A stretch of DNA of 63,015 nucleotides, filler included, from Globobulimina sp. (lineage: Eukaryota): the NCBI GenBank assembly GCA_003354225.1. It is 57 parts of 57 records of this genome, joined end to end, with 100 filler letters (N's around TTAATTAATTAA, not from the genome) between each part and the next. Parts side by side here need not be neighbours in the genome. Positions count along the whole stretch, not along the records: positions 52,051 to 53,057 come from PIVH01025991.1; positions 53,158 to 54,164 come from PIVH01025992.1; positions 54,265 to 55,271 come from PIVH01025993.1; positions 55,372 to 56,378 come from PIVH01025994.1; positions 56,479 to 57,485 come from PIVH01025995.1; positions 57,586 to 58,591 come from PIVH01025996.1; positions 58,692 to 59,697 come from PIVH01025997.1; positions 59,798 to 60,803 come from PIVH01025998.1; 49 more parts are not named here. One strand, written 5' to 3'. Positions 52,300 through 63,015 of the stretch are shown one piece after another. The position numbers were made by a program, and so were the translations under genes. The notes beneath the pieces were generated by a model. The model saw only the letters and a program-made list of their open reading frames with translations. It was not told where the DNA came from and did not search any database. Each line of letters begins with the position of its first letter. The first letter of the stretch is position 1.

Positions 52300-52691
52300 A
52301 AACATCATCAACAACAACAACAACAACAGCGACAGCGACTATTGATAGTAGTACACAAATTGACAATAATTTAGATATTGACAATAATTTGATGAGATTT
52401 GGAATGGGAACAGTAGTAGTAGTCGTAATTACCATCATCTCGAGCAATAATAATAATAATAGCAATGATGGGAGCAATAAAGATATTATGAATACTAGCG
52501 ATAGTGTGGACAAAGTGAATAACATTGCCAGTAACGTTGCCTTAGGAGATGCAATCACTAGCTTACTAGGATTGGATACAAACACGTTCAACAAATATAG
52601 CATGTTCAGCGGTTATATCGACGTGTATCCGGCGCATAACCGTAACATTTTCTATTGGTTTATTGAGAGTTTGAACAGCCCAAAGTCTGAT
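52300..52691 (+). CDS. Serine carboxypeptidase (S10) N-terminal fragment in a chimeric contig
   Basis: MFSGYIDV..RNIFYWFIESLNSPKSD then abrupt loss of similarity. Confidence 0.8.
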
Positions 52692-53157
52692 CAGGAAGGC
52701 GCTCTGCGCTTCTTATTCTTTTTTCTCTTTTTCTCCTTTTTTCTTTACCTCTACCTTAGTACGGTTGATGTACTGGCGCTTAGACTGCTTTTTCCTTTGC
52801 TTCGCAGGCATTGCAAGAGAAGTGCAGTGATGATCAAAATTGTAAAAAAAAACTTTGCTTATCCTACTTATCTCCCCTTAAATCCCTTGTGCTTATCCCA
52901 TGATAGGACGCTGCAGCCGTCCGGCAGTGGAGAGTTGGCGGAAGTGAGCGATAGCTGCTTCTTGCAAATGGAGTGCTTCTCCGACCAGAGTTTGATGAGC
53001 GGACCTCGGTTCCATTTCGCGCGCTGCCATCATTGCTTTGTAATTGTTTTTGTAATGNNNNNNNNNNNNNNNNNNNNNNNNNNNNNNNNNNNNNNNNNNN
53101 NTTAATTAATTAANNNNNNNNNNNNNNNNNNNNNNNNNNNNNNNNNNNNNNNNNNNN

Positions 53158-53386
53158 GGATATTTTAAGTGAAACAAGAAAAACAAATAAAATCAAGTGT
53201 TCATTATATGGGATTTGGAAGGATTGTGAAGAAGGGAGTGGAGATAGACGAAGTTGGTTATTTTATGTATATTCATCAATTGCATCATCATTAAATATTA
53301 AATATCCAAAAATAAAAATATCAATGCAACAAACAAGTAATAGTGGTGGATGGAGACAAGATTTATTAGTTTTTGAATGTTTGTGA
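53158..53386 (+). CDS. 3' end of a hypothetical protein
   Basis: Frame ends GGWRQDLLVFECL-stop, followed by T-rich UTR-like sequence. Confidence 0.4.
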
Positions 53387-53432
53387 TTGTTTGTTTGGTT
53401 TGTTTTAATTTTTTGTTGTTGTTTAACACTAA

Positions 53433-53470
53433 TTGACTTTTTAGGTTCACACTTCTAAACACTTCTTTTG
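53433..53470 (+). promoter_or_regulatory. 38-nt conserved post-stop element (copy 1)
   Basis: 37/38 identical to 59606-59643. Confidence 0.6.
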
Positions 53471-54264
53471 CATTCTTTTTGTTGTTTGTTTGTATTCAGA
53501 TTCAAATATGCAGAAAAATATATTACGAATTATTGGAAGTTATAACGATATACCCTAATTTTTTCACATTTTTCACCTCTAATTTTTTTAATTAAACAGG
53601 GAGTTCATTCTTTTTTTTTGAATCTCAATTAGCCATTCCAATGTTATATTCTCTACATCGAAGTGGCAATTGTGTATTATAGAAGTTTTGCAAAGTGCAA
53701 AACAAGCAGTCGTTATGGAAGCACAAAGTAACAATAATTACTGCTATTCAATGTCTGATCATGAAATCTACATATAATTGTTAGGAAATACTGTGCCTGA
53801 TTTGAAGCAATGTTATGGCTCATTATATTTGTTCCGTTAAATGTAAATATCTATCAATCGGATTTTGTTATATTATCAGCACCAAACAAATGTTAATTGG
53901 TTAATTTTGGTTTTGTGAATTTGGTCACAATATGTTTTTGTTCTGAGTTTGTGTGTTATTTTAATGTTTGTGTGTTTATGTTATTATTTTCCATTTGTAT
54001 CTGCCTTCTCAGCTGCCGCGAAAATATGACAGAATTGTTTTAATATTTATATTCAACAAATACATAATTAACTTTTTTGGCTTGGTTTCGTTTCGTTTCA
54101 TTTCAACGATTAGAAAAGTTTTTAGTTAGCTAGAGTGGTTTTGAACCTAACATTCGAAGTTGACNNNNNNNNNNNNNNNNNNNNNNNNNNNNNNNNNNNN
54201 NNNNNNNNTTAATTAATTAANNNNNNNNNNNNNNNNNNNNNNNNNNNNNNNNNNNNNNNNNNNN

Positions 54265-55271
54265 CACTGACATATATATACACCACAAGAAACACTATGG
54301 ACGCAGTCATACGCCCTAAAAACACCAACGTCACACTCAATATTTCCATATTTTGAATATCTTCATCCACCAAACAAAACATACAAATTGCAGTACAAAA
54401 AAACCATATCGTCATAGACTTTTTCCTTCCAATCCAGTCCAAAGTAAACATTCCAATCAGTATTCCAGGTATTTCACTGGATGTAGTCACAGCAACTTTC
54501 CAATATTTGTCACTGTCCGATTGATCATTTTGAGTTGCGAGACTATCAAAGAATCGCTCCGATAAAAACGAGACTCCATAATAAGAAAATGTCTCCATAA
54601 ACATTATAATAAAGCATGTAATCGTCGTCGTATAATATTTATGTTCAAAAATTTCTGCTGGATTTCCTCTCATCGAATGCACAATTTGCTGAGGGACTAG
54701 TTTTAATTCAGCAGCGTCTGCAAAGTGTTTAGATTTGTTAACTTTCGCTGCACGCTGCAATATAGCCTCAGCTGCGTCTGTCTTGCCAACAGTAACTAAA
54801 TACTGCACAGATTCTGGCAGTTTCCAGGCTAAATATACAATGACGCATAATGGCAACGAGGATAATATTAAATACCATCTCCAATCTAATGTTTCCAGCA
54901 CTAACCAGGCCAGCAAGGCATTGGCGAATGCTCCGACCGCCCAAAAAGATTGCTGTAGCACTAATAATTTGCCTCTATCCGCTTTTGGTGCGTATTCAGC
55001 GTATAATGTAAAACTGCAGCTCGATGCGCCGAGGCAAAAGCCAGTGATGAATCTCAAAACCATCATGGAATACATATCCCAGGCCGCTGCTGATAACATT
55101 CCAAAGATAATTTGACCTGAATTAGATATTATAACCGCCCATCTTCTGCCAAATCTGTCGCTTATTTGCGGCCAAAATATTGCTCCGCCAAACATCCCCG
55201 CAAATACTACAGCGCCAATAGTTCCATCTTGAGAAGCGCTTAAATTCCATTCTTCGGACAGAACTGGTAAT
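54265..55271 (-). CDS. MFS transporter, SVOP/SV2-like, partial
   Basis: SDRFGRR, LRFITGFCLG, YAEYAP..RG, WRW, LPES, DWIGRK. Confidence 0.93.
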
Positions 55272-55611
55272 NNNNNNNNNNNNNNNNNNNNNNNNNNNNN
55301 NNNNNNNNNNNNNNNTTAATTAATTAANNNNNNNNNNNNNNNNNNNNNNNNNNNNNNNNNNNNNNNNNNNNTCAAACGTTAATTCTAAAACTGCGTCTTC
55401 TCGTCCAGTTAGCTCCGTTAACTTTTTCGAGACCGTGTACGTATTCGAGCATCTAGTCGAGGAACCCACTCCATTCACTAGATATCCGTACTATTCATCT
55501 AAAAATAAATCACACGTTTCGCCCTCTTCTCTGCTATTCATGGTGACATTGTATCACTTTTTCAACAGATAAAAAAAACGATTTTTGAGTTGAAAAACCA
55601 TCACACTCATA

Positions 55612-56378
55612 ATGTCGTCTTGGTACAATTGTGTCTGTTGTGGTGAGAATGAATTGATTGCAAAATTAAAACAAAAACAGTCGAAACGTGCGATAAAGAA
55701 AACATTATTGGATGAAAAGCTGCAAACAAACAAACCAACGGAAGCCACTAAGAAATGGTCCAAAGATATCAGCATAATAATAATTGGCGCAGGTTTTTTA
55801 TTTATAACTATAGCTAATTATTTTGCATTATGTTTCTGCGACTTGTTTGAATGCGATATTAAAAAAAAACAAAAAAAATTAAAGGTCACGCCGGTATACA
55901 TATGGCATTATTACTGCTTCAATCTGGTTATAGCAACGTAAAAATATTAGAAAGAAAAGGCAAATTAGGTGGAAGATTGTTATCCATTAAAGATACGGCA
56001 TTAGGAACTGTCGATGAGATGGGGACGTGTTATATTTATAAAAACAATAACGAATTAATGAAATTAATCGACACATTTGACAAAGATAACGAATTAATAC
56101 AAATCAATGAAAACACAGAAGTGAATATTATTGATGAGAGTTGTGATGAAAAACTTGTATGCATCGGAGTTAAAGATTGGATGCACACTCAAACAAATCA
56201 ACTATGCTCATCCAAAATATCACAGTGGTTTCCATCAACAAACGTAGCCAAACAATCAGTGGCAAATACAAATATTAAGCTAATTTATAAAAAGTTGTAT
56301 GAAGATATATTCGGAGCTGATTATGCAAACAATAAAGAGATAACAATTCCGCCCAAACCAGATTCGAACAAGATGCAA
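55612..56378 (+). CDS. Flavin amine-oxidase-family protein, spliced, 3'-partial
   Basis: Removing intron 55793-55884 gives IIIIGAGHAGIHMA; ILERKGKLGGR, EMG. Confidence 0.85.
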
Positions 56379-56670
56379 NNNNNNNNNNNNNNNNNNNNNN
56401 NNNNNNNNNNNNNNNNNNNNNNTTAATTAATTAANNNNNNNNNNNNNNNNNNNNNNNNNNNNNNNNNNNNNNNNNNNNATTTGTATTGTTTTTGATTTAA
56501 ATAAAATTATACTTACTCTTGAAAGGTTTTCACAGAAAGTAAAAAAAACTTTTTTAAAAAAATATTTGACTACTCTTTTTTGAATATAACGTTAAATGTT
56601 TTAAAGGAAGTAAGTTGTACTCAGCTGCCTCTGTGGTCAGTTTTAGAATAGGAAGGATACAAATCATACA

Positions 56671-57369
56671 ATGTCTTGGATGCAACAATTGTATCCATTC
56701 ATAGCATCAATCAAATCAATATGGGATCGACAACGTACAGCATTGAAAGTGCTTTCTGGAGTTAGCTTATATTTGTCAATTCGATATGTTTACATTAAAA
56801 TCCATCGTAAATATACCAAAATGCCACCTGGTCCAGGTTTGTAGTTTGTACTTGGTGTATATAGGAAATGTTTGACTGTTGTTTCTAATTACAATATTTA
56901 GTGGGACTGCCAGTATTGGGTTCATTGTTAACTCTGGCAGCGAGCAGCCATGATTTCTACATTGATCTTGTAAAAAATACGAATTTTAAATTATACACGG
57001 TTCCAATGGGGATAGTGACTGCGATTTATATTAATGATTCTAAATTGGTGAAACAAATATTTTCGATGGATTGCTGTCATTATCGCCCAAAAAACCAAAC
57101 CATACGGAATGGGAATTTAAGTTCCATCGAAGGCAGTGATGACTGGCCACAAAGAAGGCGTTTCTTCCAAAGCAATTTGATAACAATGTTGAATAAGAAA
57201 TTTGTGCAGCAAAATATGAAACATTTAGTGAATAAAATGATAGTCCCAAAGTTAAGAGAATGCGAATTAAATAATAAATTATATTTTTGTCACAACGATT
57301 TCCAGTATGTTACATTCAATATAATGTATAACTGTTTATTTGGCGGATATTTACCAGAAAATGATAAAT
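56671..57369 (+). CDS. Cytochrome P450 N-terminal half, spliced
   Basis: Removing intron 56837-56901 gives PPGPVGLPVLGSL; IND..LVKQIF, RP, WPQRRR. Confidence 0.85.
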
Positions 57370-57585
57370 TCGAGGGGAGCTATGCAGCCCCCATTCTGAA
57401 CCCCCGCGAGATGTCCGAATTTCTTGAATAAACCATCATCGATAATAACAAGTCAAAGTACAGAAAAAAACCTTTTGAGCTTCAGNNNNNNNNNNNNNNN
57501 NNNNNNNNNNNNNNNNNNNNNNNNNNNNNTTAATTAATTAANNNNNNNNNNNNNNNNNNNNNNNNNNNNNNNNNNNNNNNNNNNN

Positions 57586-58271
57586 TTTGTCGGCATCACG
57601 GAATGATATACCACCCCATACTGTGCGCGGTAGTGCTGACAAAGCTTCAAGCCTGCAATCTTTGCCAAAGCATATGCCTCAAAATATGTACTTGAAAGAT
57701 TCAGTCCCTCTTCTTGAAGAGGCGGTCCTCCAGCTACGAATGGTCGAACAAGTATATATTCCCCAAACAATTTTTTAAAATCGTCCCTACCACACGGATC
57801 ACAATTTTGCACATTAACAATTGTTTCGAATTCGGGTGCTCCGGGAAGCCCGGAATAGACAAACGTTATACCGTATTCACCTATGGCATCAAAAAGAAAT
57901 CGATCGCGTAATTTTAGCAGAAAAACTGGGATTGCATAAACAACACCAGCCTTTAGAGTTTCATCTGGAACCGGAAAAGACACTCGGTCAATATGAGCAC
58001 CATCACCCATTAATGCCTTGCCATCGATAATAACCTGCCCTCCATCAGGCTCATTTATCCTAATGAAATATCCCCCGGAAACAAGACCTAAAGCACTTTC
58101 AAGGGAACCATGCAATTTGACATCGACCTGAGGCACAAGCTCCAAAAATCCAGAGACTGGCATACAGCTGTAAATCTCGTTTCTGTCAATCAGTAACGCT
58201 CCATCGACCTGGCCAAGTGCGCTACTCGAAAACACTAAAGTCACAAACAAAAAATTTATTATTCTTTTCAT
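57586..58271 (-). CDS. Bacterial secreted hypothetical protein, 3'-partial
   Basis: RBS-like AGAGAGGA just before ATG, Sec signal MKRIINFLFVTLVFSSSALG, higher GC, tight spacing to the upstream ORF. Confidence 0.65.
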
Positions 58272-58691
58272 TTTAATCCTCCTCTTTCTACCGCCAATTC
58301 AAACGTTTTTTTTCGGTTAAGTCAGTACAAATACTATCATCCCAATGTTTTAAGTAACCAAATACGTCCCACCAGTGCGAGGAACACAGGTTCCAAGGGT
58401 GAAACTTCGCAGAAGTGTTTTCCAGAAATGAAACGAGAACACAGCAATCCGTTGCCCCAACATCGTGGCCCCGACGACCCGTAATCAAGTGTGCCAATTC
58501 ATTCATGCTACGTTCCTTACCTAGCTGGTACCGGTGTTACTCCAGTGAGCGCGGATAACTGCGGCGACTTGTGCCACCGCCTCGGGCTCGANNNNNNNNN
58601 NNNNNNNNNNNNNNNNNNNNNNNNNNNNNNNNNNNTTAATTAATTAANNNNNNNNNNNNNNNNNNNNNNNNNNNNNNNNNNNNNNNNNNNN

Positions 58692-59575
58692 GATGAAATA
58701 AAACAAATACATTGTAAATATGTTATAAATTGTTGTGGTCCGTATTATAATAAAATAGTCAATGATGAATTGGATGGATTGGATATAAAATTAAGAGTTG
58801 CACCGGTTCGAATGCAAGTTATTTATAAAGATACTCCAAACATTTACACACAAACGTTTTTAGGTTTGGACATGGATACAAATAATATATGTGCATAAAT
58901 TATGTGTCGATATAATGTGTTTTGCAATCCGTTTTACTGTATTATCGACACATATTTGCTGGATCTTATCTTATAAAACGTTGCGTTTTTAGGAACAGCA
59001 CATACAAATTGCGATGTACATAACATGCATTATTTGTATCCGTCATACTATTTAAAGATGAATATAATTGCAATAAATATAACAACAATGGGACACCAAT
59101 ACCAACAATAATTGATCCGTTGAGTGGATGTTATTTGCGTCCACAAAAACAATCGCAACAAATATTATGTGGCACAATCCGAGAAGAAGAAGAACGTGAT
59201 TTTGTAGACCCAGATAACGAATTACCATCAGGCGCAGACCCCGAAAATAGGAATAAATATTTAAATTCAATGTATCATCGATTACAACCAATTGTTGATG
59301 ATATCGGAATATCGAATGTTGTGAAATCATTGTGTGGAATGTATACCGTATGCTTGGATGATGTCCATTATTTGGTTGGACCAACAAAGTTGGATGGATT
59401 TATTCTTTGTAATGGTTTCAGTGGACATGGATTCAAATCTGCGCCATCTGTGGCGTCTATGATTGCACAGTATTTGACAAATATTACAATTGATGGTGAT
59501 ACTGATGTGGATATAGATTTTTATTCACCCTACAGACAACCGTATAAAATACACGCTAAAAATGTGTTAGCGTGA
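58692..59575 (+). CDS. FAD-dependent oxidoreductase (DAO/sarcosine oxidase family) C-terminus, spliced
   Basis: VINCCGPY, GCYLRP, CGMY, NGFSGHGFKSAPSVA. Confidence 0.9.
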
Positions 59576-59605
59576 TTCATAGTGCTTTTGTTGTTGTATA
59601 TATAC

Positions 59606-59643
59606 TTGACTTTTTAGGTTCACACTTATAAACACTTCTTTTG
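59606..59643 (+). promoter_or_regulatory. 38-nt conserved post-stop element (copy 2)
   Basis: 30 nt after the TGA ending at 59575; 37/38 identical to 53433-53470. Confidence 0.6.
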
Positions 59644-59797
59644 TGAGTGACTAAGTTTTTTAAGGCTATATTAGGGGCAGCGACCTGATCGCGCCCCNNN
59701 NNNNNNNNNNNNNNNNNNNNNNNNNNNNNNNNNNNNNNNNNTTAATTAATTAANNNNNNNNNNNNNNNNNNNNNNNNNNNNNNNNNNNNNNNNNNNN

Positions 59798-60556
59798 TAT
59801 GCAGTATCAAATAGTGAGGAACCGGTTGATATTATTTTGGATAATATGGAAAACAAATTGGATGAAATTGGGAATGGATTGGGTTTATTTTGTCGTATTC
59901 AAAAACGAACTCCGTATTTAAAACGGTTATGTATTGAAGCTGTACCACAATTGCGGCTTTATGTAAATGACGAATTAAATATTCATAAACATGGTGGGGA
60001 ATCAATAAGCACTCAAACTATGGAACGCACACAAAGTGTCGTAAAGAAATTATTTTATAATCATATGAATAAAAGCGATGAAGAGAAAGGGATACAAACA
60101 GTGTTTGTTTATTATCATATTAGGATGGCATTGGGTGTATTATATTCGGTATGGAATGTTAAAGCAAAATCAAATTCATTACATTGGCGGGAAGAAGATG
60201 CGCCAACTTAATGTGATCCCGCATTATATGAGATATCAGATCATGTACAAATGAATGCAAATAAATCAATCATTGATATATTTGATGATGTTCGAAAAGC
60301 AATGCAAAGCAATTTAATTTCAATAAACAACAACAACAATTATGATGAATCAAAAGACAATGACGAATCCAAAGACAATGAAGAATTATTACATGACTCA
60401 AATGATGATATTGACGATGATTTGGACGGATTGAGAGTCCGTAATGAATATGAATTGGTGAATCACATTGAATCACATCAAGCGGTTTCAAATGATTCTG
60501 ACATTGAATCTGAAAGTGATTATAATTCTGAATCAATTGACTCAGATTTTGATTAA
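59798..60556 (+). pseudogene. Transib/RAG1/Chapaev-like transposase C-terminus with one in-frame TAA
   Basis: RTPYL..VP..STQTMERTQSVVKKLF resembles the region around the catalytic Glu; ORFs 59837 and 60251 are in frame across TAA 60209-60211. Confidence 0.45.
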
Positions 60557-61241
60557 ATTTGTGTGTTCTATTTATTTAATTGTGTGATTTTGTTTTTATT
60601 TGTCACTAACAACTCTCACTAACATTTTGTCCCCACTGTCATTTTATCATGGAATGGTAACTTACGGTGTAAAGTTGTTCCAATCGCCCAACGTATGTGT
60701 TATTTATGTATTTGTTCGGTTGTTGTAGACCGTCCACATACTATACATGCTTCATTCGGAAGAAATGGATCGTTATGTATTAATGGCACATCAAAGACAC
60801 ATTNNNNNNNNNNNNNNNNNNNNNNNNNNNNNNNNNNNNNNNNNNNNTTAATTAATTAANNNNNNNNNNNNNNNNNNNNNNNNNNNNNNNNNNNNNNNNN
60901 NNNAAGAGTGAACAATAAACTTTTTATGGCTTCGTTAATACGGACGAAAGTTTGTTGTAGATACAGTTGAATGATTGCTATGATGAGTCATTCCGTTTAT
61001 GTGTGTTGTGGAGGTATAACTGTTTTATTTATATAATGCTAATATTTTTTACGCGGAATATCATTCTCTGTACAGATTGCATCAATTTCCTCTTGGCTTA
61101 ACCATAATAATTCTTCTTTTGTTTTTAATTCTTTTTGCAGTAATTTCGCACCCAATGAACCCAATCCATCTAACCATAATTTTAATTCTGCAGTCGCATA
61201 CTAACAAAAACTTCACTCAGATGCTGACCGTAATTGACTCC

Positions 61242-61354
61242 TGCTAACTAACTTTTTTCTAAGTACTAATACTTAAATACTCAAAAAGCACTTAGTCAAT
61301 TGCATGCTGGGAGCGTGGATTAATTAAAAGTATTCATTCCACTCCTCTCCTGAC
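61242..61354 (+). repeat. 113-bp interspersed repeat, putative transposon terminus (copy 2)
   Basis: Matches the reverse complement of 26376-26488; lies just 5' of a transposase-like ORF. Confidence 0.92.
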
Positions 61355-61410
61355 CATAATATATACTCAATTAATCATTTGCAAATTTGGCGATTACACA
61401 GATATTTATA

Positions 61411-61909
61411 ATGGCCAATTTAAACAAGATCATGCAGTTATTGCTATTAACTGCCATTATAATGATAATGCACTCATTAAAGCGTCGTAGACCGCGTGGA
61501 TCATATACCGCGGTGTCATTTATTTCAATATCAGTGATTTTATCGAATTATGACTTACTTAGCAGCTGTACGAGATTCCAACCGCATATCTGGTTGGAAT
61601 ATTTATATCGGCCCATTGAGTATGATTTGAATGCGGGTCGAGATTTTTATTTATTTGATGGGGTGCATCAACGGCACCGTCGAAAAGCAATATCAAAGTA
61701 TTTAAGATTGGTTAGATTTTGTATGAGATTTTCAGGATTTCAAACATCGATTTTAATATTAATATTCGGGCAAAGCAAACAAACCATCAACAAAGATTGC
61801 AAATTTATCGCAGAGATATTAATTAAAACACATTATTCTAAATATATACATTTGGCCATACCTGGCACGCGTGAATATAATGAATGGCTCGGTGGTGGAG
61901 TATTTCGGG
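61411..61909 (+). mobile_element. PIF/Harbinger (or ISL2EU)-like transposase N-terminus
   Basis: TRF motif, HTH-like IFGQSKQTINKDCKFIAEIL, then KYIHL..P; the DDE core would lie beyond the contig end. Confidence 0.6.
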
Positions 61910-62168
61910 NNNNNNNNNNNNNNNNNNNNNNNNNNNNNNNNNNNNNNNNNNNNTTAATTAATTAANNNNNNNNNNNNNNNNNNNNNNNNNNNNNNNNNNN
62001 NNNNNNNNNTGTCGATTAAAATTGATTCGTGTTCGGAGGAAAAAGTGAAGATTCGTTTTTTGACCGATAGTATACAGATAAAACTATGTGATTTTGGTAT
62101 GTTATATGTGTGGAAATATGCATGTTTGTGACTACATTTTTCAATTTAAACGTGATTGTCTTGTCAGG

Positions 62169-62400
62169 CTTAGCCAAAATGTTCGCGGATTGCGATGATT
62201 TTAGCAGTAATAAATGGTGCGGAAAAAGTCAATATCAGTCACCCGAAGTTGTATATAAACAGAGATTTGACGCAAAGAAAAATGATATTTGGTATGTTTA
62301 GATTGAAGTTATTGCTATGTTATTATTTAAAAAATATATAAGGTGTCTTGGATTTTGTTTTACATTGATTGTGCATATAATATATTCCACTGATTACTAA
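62169..62400 (+). CDS. Protein kinase activation-loop exons, possibly decayed
   Basis: GLAK..KWCGKSQYQSPEV..FDAKKNDIW, intron, CLG. Confidence 0.65.
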
Positions 62401-63015
62401 AAACATTGATTGAAACTTATTGGGAACGGCCGAATCAAACCGTTTCTGGTGACTGACAAAAGCAAAAATTATATTGGGTTGCCTTCGTTTCTCAGAAATA
62501 ATAAAGCTTCATATTGTTAAACACTTCGTTTTTGTGCTGCTTCTTTCTAACTGCCATTATTCTGCACGGTGTATTCGTAAGAAAAAAAAGAAATTATTTG
62601 TATTGTTTTAATCACACACACACCGTAAAAAAAAATTGGAGTAAAACAAATCAAATTTTTGCCAATGTATATTAATAAATATTTCGACTAATTACAAGAT
62701 ATTCCTCATAATTATATTGTTTTACTATTTTCCAATTATTTTCAGAAAATAAATCTTCATATTTTGCAAATGCAGAGCTTGAACACATAATTGTTGCACC
62801 CCATAATTGTATTTTATTCAATTTTGAATATTTGAGTTTATTCACCAATTTTAATGTTGAAACTAAGGATTGTAAATATGACTCATTTATACATCCAATA
62901 TGCCAACATCTTATACTTGTAACTTGTTTAAATATTTTATTTAATTTCTCATATTGTATTAAATTATCCTCTCTTTTATCTTTAATCTCATTTATTCCCC
63001 AAATTTGTAATCCAA

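Noticed and set aside
54110-54130. TAGAAAAGTTTTTAGTTAGC as a third copy of the 113-bp terminus
   Set aside because: Only a short, gapped, AT-rich match with no extension
58288-58591. Toxin-immunity or HExxH peptidase pair
   Set aside because: Motif reads NELAH, the upstream frame is closed, and there is too little sequence to support it
60209-60211. TAA reassignment or readthrough
   Set aside because: Single instance in a probable dead transposon; TAA terminates actin and other genes normally

Overview
This is not a continuous locus. It is a pseudo-scaffold of 57 unrelated, length-sorted contigs (1008, then 1007, then 1006 bp) joined by an artificial 100-bp linker (44 N + TTAATTAATTAA + 44 N, stops in all six frames), so neighbourhood across linkers is meaningless. 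Most contigs are AT-rich eukaryotic DNA with short GT-AG introns. A polyubiquitin with an extra Thr at the monomer junction (LRGG-T-MQIF) points to Rhizaria, probably a foraminiferan. A few contigs are bacterial (IS630 plus histidine kinase, Bacteroidota-type membrane regulator, T9SS-type C-terminal domain, a secreted hypothetical protein), and several look chimeric, consistent with a single-cell amplified assembly. Mobile DNA is abundant: two APE/RNase H-type LINE pieces, a CRE-like reverse transcriptase, a DIRS-like element, hAT-, Harbinger- and Transib/RAG1-like transposases, and an intron-containing Polinton-type polymerase. The best leads for something undescribed are (i) a 113-bp putative transposon end shared by a Harbinger-like transposase contig and a contig carrying a tRNA-like Pol III unit, (ii) a CCCH zinc-finger ORF joined by a candidate G_GAU_UUU -1 frameshift to a Tudor-like ORF, (iii) a 38-nt element just after the stop codons of unrelated genes, and (iv) a GC-rich nested-hairpin segment. 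Protein calls are by eye from motifs; no searches were run.
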